Assembly: GCF_018350175.1 (NCBI RefSeq) | Contig: NC_058369.1 | Location: forward strand, 3,722,001 to 3,786,000 | Reading direction: 5' to 3' | From: Felis catus | Lineage: Eukaryota | DNA length: 64,000 bases | Shown: piece after piece, positions 10,201 through 24,580 of the stretch | Layout: every line of letters starts with the position of its first letter | Position numbering within the stretch: the stretch's first letter is position 1 | The notes under the pieces: generated by a model | Told to the model about the DNA's origin: nothing | Databases searched by the model: none | What the model saw: only the letters and a program-made list of their open reading frames with translations | Translations under genes and position numbers: made by a program

Positions 10201-12847
10201 GTGCCTGCTTTTCGGCTTGGCGCCGACTTGTAAAGAGTCCACCGCTCTTTCTGGACCGTTCTGCAAGTTCCCTCGGGGTGGTCCTTCCCCCTCCCCCCCG
10301 GCCCAGGTTTCCAATAAACTGGAAGGTTGGCCCAGGGCTGCCGTTCGGTGAGATTCCTTTTCCGTTTCGTAAGTACGTACACGTATGATTTTTATTTGCC
10401 CGCCTTCAAAGAACGTGTCAAGGGTACGGAGTGTTGGGATTAGAGGCCGTGTTAATTTTCCTCTTTATATTTACCCACTCAAAACCTTCATTTCGAAAGG
10501 CACAAATAACACAGAAGAAAAATCACACGGAACCCACCGCCGAGCTGAATCGAGAGGACGGTGGTGGTTGGAGTAGGGCGTGCCGGAAACCCGCCTGCCG
10601 TCTTGTCACCTGCTTTTTCCGCCTCCCGGACGGGAAGCTCGTCTCCGCGTCGTGATTTCCGAAGCGCGAGGGAGCTCGTGCGGGCAGGACCCGAGGCGGC
10701 CCCCGCTCTGCCCGGGGCAGGCCGGTCGCGGCGAGATGGCGGGCGTACCGCCCGGTGTCCTCTCCCACCGTCGGTGCCGGCTGGCGGACGAGGCCGGAGG
10801 CGGCCTCCGCTGGAGGGGACACGGCTGGCGGTGACCGGTGCGCCCACCCCCGCAGGCCACCCGTGAGCCGGCCCGGCAGGAAGAGGAGCTGCCGGCCAGC
10901 ACCGACCAAGCCACCAGCGGGAGCTGCCGGGTGTGGGAACCCGGGCCCTGCCACCTACCTGCGTGTGGCCTCGGTGAACGACGAAAAACGAGTTTAGTGT
11001 GTGGAGCGGATGGGTCACCCACGTCCGTCACGAACGGCAGGGCTGGGGACTGTTGGGTGCTGATGTGCCCGCTGGCAGCCAGCCTGGGCCCTGTCCACGG
11101 CGGGCTGGGGGCTCAGGACCCGCGGCCGTGGCCGGGTGGTCGTGTCCAGCGGGGGGCGGGGCTGCTTATCCGTACAAGCTGGGTGGTCGGCGGGATCCCC
11201 TGGTCTCACTGCGCCACGCGGTGGGGGTGGCAGGGCGTGGGCTGAGGGGGTGGGAGATGGGTGGGGGGCGGCAGGGTGGGGAGCGGCCTGTGGGCTGAGG
11301 GCAAAGGCCCATGAGCCTCAGCTGCAGCCTGTCCTCGTGGTGTTAGAGCTGGTGTCTCGGGTGAGGTCCCCGCACAGGGCGGTCTCCTCACTCTCCCGTT
11401 CTGCGGCTCCCTGCACAGCTCAGTCCGTGCCGACGCTCCAAGAGGGTCCGGTCAAGGTCTCCCCAACCCCCCCCCCCACCCCCAGGGCCACGGGCTCCCG
11501 CAGGACAGACACACCCTATGCTTCTGTGCAGCAACAGAAGTCGTAAGCGTAAGCGAGCCCTGCACCGTGGCCTCTGGGCTGGAGGGGAGGGGGGGGGTTG
11601 GGTGGGGATTCGGGTCCCAGGCCCTGGCTGCAGGCGACTGGGCTGGGTTGGGGTTGCGTGCCGCTCAGTCCCCGGGATGGGGCTGCTCAGGGCTCCAGGG
11701 GGCGGTCTCCTGGGCGGGCAGCCCGGCTGTGGCCGGAGCCCTATAGCTGCCCTGGAGGAATGTTGGTGACAACCCCTCTCCCTTTGTACAGCCGCGTTTT
11801 CATGGTGGTTCCCTGTGATCCCACCCAGGACGGCTGTCCCCTATTGTCACAGGTGTCTGTGGCCTGCCATGCACACTTCAGCTTTGTGGCCGCCCCTCAG
11901 GGAAAAGCTTTGGACCTTGCTATGCACGCAGGGCGACAGTGATGACCTCCCCCCCCCCCCGCCCCGCCACGTGACAGGACCCTCAGGGGCCTGGAAGGGG
12001 TGCTCAGGGCCCCAGAACCTAACCCAGCCGGTTCCGATGGCCGAGCAGAGATTCCTGGGCTCGTGCTGCCCTCTAGTGCCTGCGGAGGGGAGTGCCTTTG
12101 GGGAGGCTGCGTCGCGTCCTTCCAGGACCGGCGGGCTTCCTGCCCCTCTTTCTCATTGCCCCCCTTACGTGGGGGGTCTGGCTAATTGCTTTCCAAGTTC
12201 TCAGGTCTGTGTGCACTTGGGTTCCGACCTTTCTCAGATCCTGGAGGGAGGCTGGTCTTTGTCCCTCAAGTTTGGAGAACTTAATCTGACAATAGGGACC
12301 GTTCCCCAGAGTCTGTCACCAAGCCCCTCCCTGCTTGGGATGGGCCACCGACTGCCTCGCTGGGTCCCCTTAACCCCTGGAACGCTCGAGTGTTCCGTGC
12401 GCCGCTCACAGTGGGGCCGCCCAGGGGAGGGGTTCTCCTGCTGGCTCGGGGGTGCACACCGCGAAGGGCACACGCGCACACGGCCTCACTCACCTCCGAG
12501 GGCCGCTGCCGCGGCTGCCACGGGCGTGGGTATCGGCTCCGAGGTAGACGCGTGGATTCGAAGCTGATGCTGGCGAACCCGGATCCAAAATCCCCCAGAA
12601 GGGCAGCCTTGCTCTCTCGGGGCCCTTGCTTTGAAATTAGTGCTCTGGCCGCCAGTGGTGCGTTGGCTTTGAGAACTAGGGCGCCTCTGTTTTTAATTAG
12701 TTGAAGTCATTTTGATTTTTTGTGCCAGTGTGGAGATGGAGTCTGTTCCCAGGCTCCTCTCTGGCCCTGGCCTCGCTGCGCGGGCCCTGCCTTTGTCTTC
12801 CCGGGGCCGCGGTATCTTTAGCGTGTTGGGAACGGTGGCGGCACTGA

Positions 12848-13174
<327 letters not shown>

Positions 13175-13559
13175 TGACCTCATTTTCAGCCGACGTTACG
13201 GAGTTCTTCCTGTGGGCCCGGCGTCACAAATGAGTTCCGCAGCCCCTGTCCCTGTGGGACCCGGTGGCGGGGACGAGCCCCGGGGGCGGTGGCGCTTGGC
13301 CGAGGGCGGGCGACGAGAGCCGGTGCTGGGCGCCGCGTCCCTTTCCGCGCAGGTCACGCCGCGCACGTACGTGTGTGGGCGTGTGGGACGCAAACACACA
13401 AGGACGGTCTGCGTTGTGTTTCTACCATAAAAACCATGGTTTCTTCGTGTTCGTGTCACCCGGTAGTTTGGAGGATTTGTAACCCGTCTGCCTGCAGTTC
13501 TCGTCGCTGCCCGTACGACTGCCTCTCCATCTAGGACACCTGCTTCTCTGTTCTTGCAA

Positions 13560-13890
13560 CCCAGGGGTCTGTAAACCTTCTCCACAGAGAGCCAGGTGGT
13601 GGGGCAGCCTTGTGGCGGGGTGGGCAGTGTCTGTCCCATCACCCGGCTCTGTCGCCTTGGGAACCTGTAAACCGAGAGGCGTGGCCACGTGCCAGTAAAA
13701 ACGGTCCTTGGGGGCACTGAAACGGGAAGGCCGTGGAATTTTCACTTGTCCTGAAATCTTCTTCTTTTGTTATTTTTTCCATTTAAAAGTGAAGAAACCC
13801 CAACAAGAAACGGTCAGCATTCTTGATTCTCCGGCTGTGCGAAAGCAGGCGGCGGGCGGGATTTGGCCCAGGGTGTGCTGCCCCCTGGCC
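13560..13890. mobile_element. MER58-like relic
   Basis: caggggtctgtaaacctt ... ggccacgtgccagtaaaac ... ggatttggccca ... ccccctgg. Confidence 0.55.
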
Positions 13891-15065
13891 GCGGCGAGGA
13901 GAGTGATGCCTTCGCCTTCCCGCCCCTGCCTGGTTCTGGGTGGCTTTGTTGCGAGTGTCGGTCCCTCTCGTGGTGAGGGTCGCACCTTGGATCTCAGCCT
14001 AAGGACGCGCGGAGGGCAGCGGGCTCGCCGCGTCTCCTTCCCGCCCCCCTTCTTGATTTTGTTCACCGTACGCGAGACGGTGTGGACACGGCGTTTCCTC
14101 CGCGTTGGGGACCGAGCCCCTGCTGTCCCGTTAGCTTCGCTTCTCCCTGTCGCCTCCTTCAGCCGGAAACCCTGGGTCCTGGGTTCTCGCAGGTTCCGGG
14201 GGCCTTCTGGCCAGCGGGCCACCGTCAGGGGACGGTTTCTTGCCTGCTCTGCCCCATCGAGGCGCCCCGGGCGGTGGGCGTGGGCCTCCTCTGCCTTGCC
14301 CCTGTCCTTGGCCTACGTGTGCTTTCCTGGGACGGCAGCCCTTCTGGTTCAAGGTGTCCCTCGTGCTGGGAGGCGTGGCGAGGTGCCGTCCGGCACAGCT
14401 CTGCCCGGAGCCCCGTCAGGCCTCCGCAGCTGTCATCCCTGCTTGTTCCTTCTGCCTCGCTGTCTCGGGCTCCGCTTTCCTGGCCTGGATACTTCCTGAG
14501 CTTTCTGTGCCTGGTGCCGTGGCGGCTGCGGGCTCTGTGTCCGCCGTGTGGACCGTGTCTGCGCCTCTGCCTTCCTTCGCTCTTGACTCCTCGGCCCCCG
14601 AGCTTCCCCTTTGTGCCCTGGTACCCCGGGACCCTGTGGTAAGCTCACGTACCGGTGGGGTCCGTTTTTGCTGATTTAGACGGAAGGAAACTGTTGGGAC
14701 CGGCTGTCTCGCGAGGCAGGTGTTTCTCGAGTCCGTTTTCCCTCTGCCTTCTGTGTTCCGTGCTCCTTTCAGGGAGTTTGTTTGCCGCTTTCTCTGACGG
14801 GTGGTCACCTACGCGTGCGGGGAGGTGAGGGCAGCGTGGGGCGGACCCGGGCACGTCCTGAGAGACGGCGGCAGAGTCGCGCCCTCCACACGTGCACACG
14901 CGCCCCTGCCGCCTGCCTGCCTGCCAGGGACCGCGTGCCGGGGCCTCGAGTCCCTCAGGGGCCTCCCTGCCACTCCGTGGGGACAGGCGGGGACAGGGAG
15001 GCGTCCTGGGGCAACCCCTTCTTCTTTCACAGGGGGGCCCTACCTAGGCTCTCAGGGCTGCTGGC

Positions 15066-15282
15066 TTTTTGTTGTTGTTGTTGTTTTTTACTGTCCGTTT
15101 ATTTTATTTTTGAGATAGAGTGTGATCCAGGGAGGGTCAGAGAGAGAAAGAGAGAATCCCGAGCAGGCTCACACGGTCAGCACAGAGCCCGACGTGGGGC
15201 TCGAACTCACGACCCGTGAGATCATGACATGAGCTGAAATCAAGAGTCGGGTGCTTAGCTGACTGAGCCCCCCGGGCACCCC
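15066..15282 (-). mobile_element. Can-SINE with (GTT)n tail
   Basis: SINE body; flanking direct repeat ggctgctggc. Confidence 0.9.
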
Positions 15283-16315
15283 AGTTGGCTGCTGGCCTCT
15301 TTGGAGAAGGGACCTGGTGTCCTCCTGGCCTGAGAGCGTTCCGCTGATGCCTGTGTCCCCTCACCCTGGTCGCATCGGCCTTGACCGCCCTTCTCTGTTG
15401 TCCGTGTGGGGTGCCGGGACGTTTCTGTTTCATCAGAGCTGTATCTGTTTCTCCCGCAAGGCTCTGTAGGGCCCGGGGGAACGGGCTGGAGGTGTACGTT
15501 CAGTAGATACAGCTGGAGCCCGGGCCCAGGACCAGAAGAGGCTCTGGGACTGTCGGGGTGCCCCTGTCACGTTCCCTGGCTGCTCTGTGCTCTGGGGCCA
15601 GTGCCCAGCTGGGCCCCTGCCCTCTCAGGCCAGCGCGGGGCCTCCCCGGGCTCCTTGGGGAGTGAGGGGCGGGGGGACCAGGGTGCGGCATGAGGGCGGG
15701 GCATAGTGTCGGGTCCTGTGGGAGGGGGCAGGGGCTTCCGCTCTTGGGCGCACCCCTGGGGACTGTCCCTACGGTCCGGTGGCTCCTCCACCCAGGCCCG
15801 CAGCCCGCAAAATGGCTGTGGGAACGCAAGGGGTCGGGGCAGAGGCTGGCCCCTCACTTCGTTTCCTCTTATGGGGGCTCCCCCCGCCATGCACCTTCTG
15901 CCCCAGCTGCCCAGACACCCCGAGCCACCCTGGCACTGCCTCGTTCATCTGGGGAGCGTGGCCTTTCTGTCCCTCTCGGCCTCGGCTGCGGCTCGGCCTC
16001 AGGAGCTTCGAGGAGGGGTCCGTCCGCTGGCCCGCCAGGCACCGAGGGGAGGAGCCAGGGTGCTCCCGTTTTGGCACACGATACCCGCGAGCCGTTTTGC
16101 TCCCGGGAGCCTCCTTTCAGACCCTGGTCTCACAGAGATCTGAGGACGTCAGGCCACAGCACGTTGGGCCCGCTCCGTCACATGCCTTTTCCAGAACCTT
16201 CTTAGTGTGTGGCCAGGCCAGTGTAGCTCATGAGGGCCCGAAGCATCCCTCTCTGGTTTCCTGATGTTTTCCACGGCAGTCGAAAATTTGGGAGTGATGC
16301 ATTTGGTTCATTTTA

Positions 16316-16530
16316 ATTTTTTTTTTATATTTATTTATTTTTAGTAGAGAGAGACAGAGCACAAGTGGGGGTGGGGGGCAGAGAGAGAGCGGGAGACACA
16401 GAATCGGAAGCAGGCTCCAGGCTCCGAGCTGTCAGCACAGAGCCCGACGCGGGGCCCGAACCCACGAACCGCGAGATCGTGACCTGAGCCAGAGTTGGAC
16501 CCCTAACCGACTGAGCCACCCAGGAGCCCC
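16316..16530 (-). mobile_element. Can-SINE
   Basis: TSD gc(a/g)tttggttcatttta at 16299-16315 and 16531-16547. Confidence 0.93.
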
Positions 16531-17038
16531 GCGTTTGGTTCATTTTAGAGCCTTAATTGACAGACTGGCTTCCTCCAAAGGAACTGAGTGGGTAGACTCC
16601 CCAATTCCCCTCGGTGAACACATTTTGGACCAGATCCAGGGCCCTTTTCCCGCAGGAGGAAGTAAGTCCAGGCTTCTTTATAAGAGGAGGCGCAACCTCC
16701 ATGGTTCAAGAGCCACTCAGGCTCACAGCCCTTCATCACAGGACCTGTTCTCCGGGAGAGCGTCTCGGGTGCCCGAACCACAGGCCCTTCCGTTTGTATT
16801 TGTGGCATTTCCAGCCTCCAGCGTGTTAGCTACTCGTCATCACCTGACTCGTCTGATTTTTCACTTGAAATCTAAGAAAACCACGGACTGGCAGGCTGAG
16901 CCCCACACCCCGTTGTCATGAGTCCTCACACCAGGCATGGGCACCCAGGGCACTTACCGCAACTCTGGGCACAGAGTAGGAGGGGGGACGTCCCCAGAAG
17001 AGGCCTCGATTGAGCAGCCGTGTCCCTATTTAATGAAA

Positions 17039-17224
17039 ATCAGGGTTCCCAGCTTGGGCACTGCAGACCTCGAGGTGGGTCATTCCCTCCGGGGGCGTCC
17101 TGGGCACTTCCGGGACCTAAGCAGCACCCTGCATCCACACCAGGAGGTCGTGACGGCCATGGGTGTCCCCAGAAATCGCCCAATGTCACTTGGGGGCAGG
17201 ATCCCCCTGGGCGGGACCCATTGC
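17039..17224. mobile_element. MER20-like hAT relic
   Basis: cagggttcccagcttgggcact ... agcagcaccctg ... tgtccccagaaatcgcccaatgtcacttggggg. Confidence 0.6.
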
Positions 17225-18095
17225 CTTCTTCTAATGGCTGTTGTTATTTACTCTCGGTCTGTCAATAACTCCAGCAGTGCGGACGGTGGAGGTGAGCCTT
17301 TCTGCTGTTAATAGGTGACTGGAGAGTAAGTGTTTTCGTTGCCACGCAAAACGTTTTCTAACACCGACGTGTATAGGGGAGTCCTTGGGGATGGTGAGTG
17401 AACTGCAGCCGTTCTGGAAGCCGTCCGCAAACTCAGCATCGGTGTGGCGATGGTCCTCCCCGGCCCTCAGCTGGGTGAGGCTCGGGCCTCCCCGGAGGTC
17501 TTGGCTGGCGCACTGAAGGCAGGTTGGTTTAGTTCTTTTCCCAGAGCTGTTGGGTAGCCCGCTGGGTGCCTGGGAAGGAGATTTGTCATTTACAAACACC
17601 TGCCCAGGACAGGGGCCTTCACAGAAGTGCGCCTGGCACCCAGGAGGCCCCTGCCCGGCCCGGAGGCCTCGCCGGGCCCAGGAGGGGTAGGAGGAGGTCC
17701 AGGAGCAAGCTCAGCACAGACCTGGCCCCCCTTCCGCCTGGGGCGACACTTCCCGCAGCCCTCGTGTCCCTCCCGGAGAAGGGCGGCGAGGGCTTGGCCC
17801 AGAGCTGCAGTGCGCGTGCTTTTCCTGAGGCGGCCCTCCCAGGTCTCGTCCCCCCGGATTTGTGTCATCGTCATCCTCCTGCCTTCGGCGCCTCACTCAC
17901 TCTTCTGTGTCTTTGCACGTGGGCCTTGTCGCCTCTCTCCAGTCTCCTTATGTCTTCCGGGGTCCTGGCCCGGCTGGTTCCGAGCTGCAGGGGGCCTGAC
18001 GGGCAGTGTCGGGAGGCCGGGGCCGTAGTGCCCGCGGCCCCGCACAGACCACCTGGGAGTTTGATGAAGCGCGTAGAAGGTTCCGGGTGCCCTGA

Positions 18096-19399
<1,304 letters not shown>

Positions 19400-20479
19400 T
19401 GAATTCCTAGCGCTCCATCATCCGGGAAACCTGGGGATGTTCCAGCCCCCGTGCCGGGCTGGGAGGACCCTGGGGGTGCCTGGGGCAACGGAGGGGCCTC
19501 TGCTGGCTCCTCAGCCCTCGGACCTGATGCTGGCCTTGCCCGTCCAGGGGTGTAGACCAGGCATTGGTGGAGACGTGGTGCAGAGGCCCTGCAGAGGTGC
19601 TGCTGTTCAGCACGCGGGGGTTTGAGTGGGACCCACCCTTTTCTAGGGGACAGTTCATTAACACTTATGGGACCTCCGGTAACCCTGGGAAGGATCTACT
19701 GGGGTTGATGTCCAAGCTCCTGAGCCTGACTCTCCCCTGGGTGTGCTCTGCCCTGGGTGGCCCCTCAGCTGCCATGTCTGCCCCCGCCCCAGATCGTCAC
19801 TGTGAAGGTTCCTTCTTGCTGGAACACACTTTATCCGCTCAGCCGTGCTCCTCGTGACGGCAGCTGGGGGTGCCCCCTGAGATCTGGGCTGGGGTCCCAG
19901 CTGGCGTGGGTGGGAGTAAAGCCCCCTCCTGAGAAGGGCCAGGACCCCCCCGCCCCCGAACCCATCAGGACAGGCCGTGACTTGTGGTTCCCAAGAGGTG
20001 TGACTGTTGGGTGGGTCCCAGCAGTCTGCCCGCCTTGGGGAGCCTGTCTGACCTGTGGCCCGCTGGCCTTCCAGCTAGAGGGTCCCACTGTGCAGCGTGG
20101 GTGGGTCTGCTCTCCCAAGCTGGGCACCAAGGGCATGTCAGGCTGGAAGTGAGCTCACCCCTGGGAACCTGAGGGAGAGGCCCTCGCCCTGGGAGGTCAG
20201 GGACCGAGCTTGCTCCTGGTCCTGGTTCCCCCTTCTTGGACCTCGGTTTCCCACATCCAGTGGCTGGTCCTGTGGCAGGGGAGTCCTGGACAAGGAGGGT
20301 CCCTCTCCCTGGGACCCTGAGCTCATCCACTTGGCCCAGACCCCAAAGCATTGGGAAGCTTGTGAGGCCACGTGGCCAGGCCTGAGGGCAGAGTTGCGTG
20401 CACCCTTGGGTGTGGCGAGGGCCGGAGGACGGGGATCCCAGGGGCCCTGTGGGACACACACACACTTAAAAAAAATTAC

Positions 20480-21360
20480 CATTATTATTTTTTACATTTA
20501 CGTCCAAGTTACTTAGCATATAGCGCAGTAACGGTTTCAGGAGTAGAATCCCGTGATTCGTCCTCTACGTATAACACCCAGTGCTCATGCCAACAAGCGT
20601 CTTCCTTAATGCCCCTCATCCATTTAGCCCATCCCCCTGCCCACGACCCCTCCAGCAGCCCTCAGTTCTGTATATTTAAGAGTCTCTTATGTTTTGTGCC
20701 CCTCCCTGTTTTAATATTATTTTTGCTTCCCTTGCCTTAGGTTTATCTGTTTGGTATCTTATATTCCTTATATGAGTGAGGTCATATGATATTTGTGTTT
20801 CTCTAATTTTACTTTGCATAATACTCTCTGGTTGCATCCACATTGTTGCAAATGGCAAGAATTCATTCTTTTTGATTGCTGAGTAGTATTCCATTCTGTG
20901 TGTGTGTGTGCGCGCGTGTGTGTGTGCCACGTCTTCTTTGTCCGTTCATCCATCGATGGACATTTGGGCTCTTTGTTTGGCTGTTGTTGATGTTTATAAA
21001 CATGGGGAGCATGTGTCCCTTCGAAACAGCACCCCTGTATCCCGTGGGTAAATGCCTAGAAGTGCGATTGCTGGGTCGTAGGGTAGTTCTATTTTTAGTT
21101 TTTTGAGGAACCTCCAGACTGGTTTCCAGAGTGGCTGCACCAGCTTGCATTGCCACCAACAATGCAAAAGAGAACCTCTCTCTCCGCATCTTCGCCAGCA
21201 TCTGTTGTTGCCTGAGTTGTTGATTTTAGCCATTCTGACAGGTGTGAGGTGGTATCTCTTTGTGGTTTTGATTGTATTTCCCTGATGAGTGACATTGAGT
21301 GTTTTTTCACGTGTGTGTTCACAATTTGGATGTCTTCTTTGGAGAAGTGTCTATTCTCAG
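20480..21360 (-). mobile_element. Carnivore L1 3' end/ORF2 C-terminal fragment with internal (TG)n at about 20897-20926
   Basis: Minus-strand translation gives [20 protein letters not shown] and MEYYSAIKKNE, hallmark L1 ORF2 motifs, in broken frames. Confidence 0.92.
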
Positions 21361-21383
21361 CACGGCTTTCACCTCCCATGATT

Positions 21384-21602
21384 TTTTTTTAAAAATATTT
21401 TTAATGTTTATTTTTGAGAGAGAGAGACACACAGACAGAGCGCAGGAAGGGGCATAGAGAGAGGCAGACACAGAATCCAAAGCAGACTCCAGGCTCTGAG
21501 CTGTCAGCACAGAGCCCGATGTGGGGCTCGAACCCACAAACCGTGAGATCATGACCTGAGCTGAAGTCAGACGCTCAACCGACTGAGCCGCTCAGGCGCT
21601 CC
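21384..21602 (-). mobile_element. Can-SINE, about 250 nt upstream of exon 6
   Basis: TSD cctcccatgatt at 21372-21383 and 21607-21618. Confidence 0.93.
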
Positions 21603-21620
21603 GTTGCCTCCCATGATTAA

Positions 21621-22049
<429 letters not shown>

Positions 22050-23244
22050 TGAGCGTCCATGGCGGCCGGGGCCGCGGGAGGGGCTGCGGATCGGCTCGTC
22101 CGGGGCACACGGGGCGGGGGTGCCTTTGGACGACCCGTCGGGGACACGGCTGGGCCCATGGCCGGGCAGGCGGAAGCTGAGGGGCGTCTGGCCCTGTTGG
22201 CTCCAGGGACAGTCTCGGTCGGTGACGAGGGGATGTGTGTCCCCAGAAACGAGCTTCCTGCTCCCCCCCCCCCCCCCGAGCCTGTGGTTTGCTACCCGTG
22301 GAGACCATGGGGGCGGCATCTGCGAAGTGTCTGCTGTGCTGGGGGCTCTCCCTGGGGCCGCGGGCCTGGGGTGGGCGGCTGTGAGCACTGAGCCTCCCCT
22401 GGCCTCCCCACAGCGGCTCCAGGCCCCCTGCGGTCAGGGGCGCGGTGCACCCACTGGTTTGCCGGGCCGGTGTGGGCGTGCGACCCGCGGGCCACTCTGT
22501 GGGCCGTGGGCCCTGCAGGCTGGGCCGAATATCCAGCGCGACCCGTGTTCCGGAATCTCCGAGCCGAGCGCCCCCTTCGCACCCACAGCCTCTGTTGCAG
22601 GACAGCCGGAGCCGCCTTCTGTGCAAGGCTGTCTTTGTTCACTGCTGTTTCCAGCAGAGATTTCTGAGCCGGGCTTTGCACCTCCCTGCCTCTTCCCAGC
22701 TGTCTCAGAAGGTTCTGTTATTCTGTTACAGTAATCATCACAGCTCAGAGGGAGCTGGGGGCGGAGGGTGGGGGAGCCCCCCCCCGGGAGCAGAGCGTGG
22801 CACTCGGGAGCTCAGCCGAGTGCTTTTGTGTGTGGAGACGGCAGGGGTGGGAGGGGGGGTGCACAGCCCGGCTGGGGACCCAGGCAGACCCTGGCCGAGG
22901 TACCCCTTAACCTGGTGTCCCAGCTGACAGCTGAGCCCTGAGCGGCTGGGCCTGTGCCCAGAGGCATGGGGGGAGGCCACCCCCGGTCCTTTTAAGTGTC
23001 AGGGATGCCCCAGAGCCCTTGCCAAGGCGGGCGGGCGCAGGCGCTCTGAGCAGAAGGCTCAGACTCTGGCAGGAGGCCCCAGGGGGGAGGCCAGGCCTCC
23101 CGGTCCAGGTGTTGGCCGTGTGACCACCCTCTCCTGACCTCTGAGGCTGGCACGGTGGAGCCCCGGCCGTGCTGTCCGGCCGTGGGCTCCTGCCCCGACA
23201 GGGAAGGATGAGGAAGCGTTAGGGCTGAACGTGGCCTGGGCTCT

Positions 23245-23690
23245 GTGTGAGTTTCCCGGGGCGGCTCTAACCGATGACCGCTAGGAGCTTATCACGACAC
23301 ACGTGTGTTCTCTGACACTTTTGGAGGCCGGGAGTGTGACCCTGGTCTCACCGGGCTACACCCAGGCGTGGGCAGGGCGGTTCCCACACCCGTGCCCCAG
23401 GGAGGCCCGTCTCCCGCCTCTGCCGGCTTCTGGTGGCACCGATCCCTGGCCCCGCAGCCCCTCCTCTGTCCTCACGGCCAGCAGCGTGGGGTCTGCCCGT
23501 CTGTCTGCCTCTGACCCTCTGCCTCCGTCCCGTGAGGACTCGTGAGGACGCTGGCCCCCTGGGAACTCAGGGTCACCCCCGCCTCTGGGGCCTCGACTTA
23601 ATCCCGTCTGCCGAGTCCCTGTCCTGTGTGAGGCGACCTGCGCGCAGTTGTGGTGATTAAGGCGCGGACATCTTCGGGGCCGCCGTCCTG
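23245..23690 (-). mobile_element. MLT1-like MaLR LTR relic
   Basis: ttctctgacacttttggaggccggga ... cttaatcccgtctgccgagtccct ... gattaaggcgcggacatctt. Confidence 0.6.
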
Positions 23691-24217
23691 TGGGCCACGG
23701 GCCCTCTGACCTGTGCCTCGTGCTGCATTGTGTTACCTCGGGGATTTGCTGGGATCCTGTTATGACTCCACGGGCTTCTCGTTTTCGATCCATTTATGTC
23801 TGTGGCATTCCGTGGCTTCGAATCCGCTGTTGAGCATTGCAGCCTCTAGCTGGGAGGCGTTTACCTTTCAGGGAAAACTTGCAGAGAGATGGGTGGGGTT
23901 GGTGATGTCCATTTCACAAAGGCCTGGATCTCACACCCCGCGTGGTCCTGAGCGTGTTAGTGGAGGCATTTCCTGGAGGGCGGGGTCACCCCTGGGCTGC
24001 CCAGGGGGTTACCTCGTCTCCTCCCCTCCAACCCCCCCCCCCCCGTGGAGGCCCCCCTGTGGAGAGGGGCTGCCCTCTGCCCCCACCGCGGCGTGGGGCG
24101 TGAGGTGCTCCTTCCCCAGAGCCTCTGCCCGGCGGCCGGCGTCCTCCGCGTGGGCCGTGGCAGGCTGAGTGCAGACGAGCAGCCTTCTGGCTCCCCGTAC
24201 AGATCCACAGGCTGGGG

Positions 24218-24465
24218 CTGTGTGCGCGTGTACGTGTGTGTGTTCGCATGTGAGTGTGAGGATGTGCGAGTGGTGTTTGTGAGCGTGCGTACGTGTACGT
24301 GAAAGTGTATCAGTGTGTTTGTACGTACGTGTTTGTGTGTGAAGGTACACGAGCATACGTGTGCGTGAGCATGGGTGTGTACGTGCGTGTGCATGAGTTC
24401 CGTGTGTGAGCGTGTGTACGTGTAAGTGTGCGGTCGTGTATTTGTGGCGTATGAGTGTGTGTGTG
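24218..24465 (+). repeat. Degenerate (TG)n / alternating purine-pyrimidine tract
   Basis: About 250 nt of gtgtgcgcgtgtacgtgtgtg-type sequence. Confidence 0.9.
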
Positions 24466-24566
24466 CCGCCGCCCGGCTCGCTGACACGATGGTTCCAGGC
24501 GCTGCGGGGGCGGGGGGGGGGGGGGGGGGGCGTCTCGGTCCTGACCCCGCGTGGCTCCCCCAAGCG

Positions 24567-24580
24567 CCACTAGATGGCGC
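24567..24580 (+). promoter_or_regulatory. CTCF consensus core
   Basis: CCACTAGATGGCGC matches CCASYAGRKGGCRS at every position; motif only. Confidence 0.6.

Noticed and set aside
20676..21379. ORFs with L1 ORF2 peptide motifs
   Set aside because: Fragmented across frames in a truncated, dead L1; not a functional gene.
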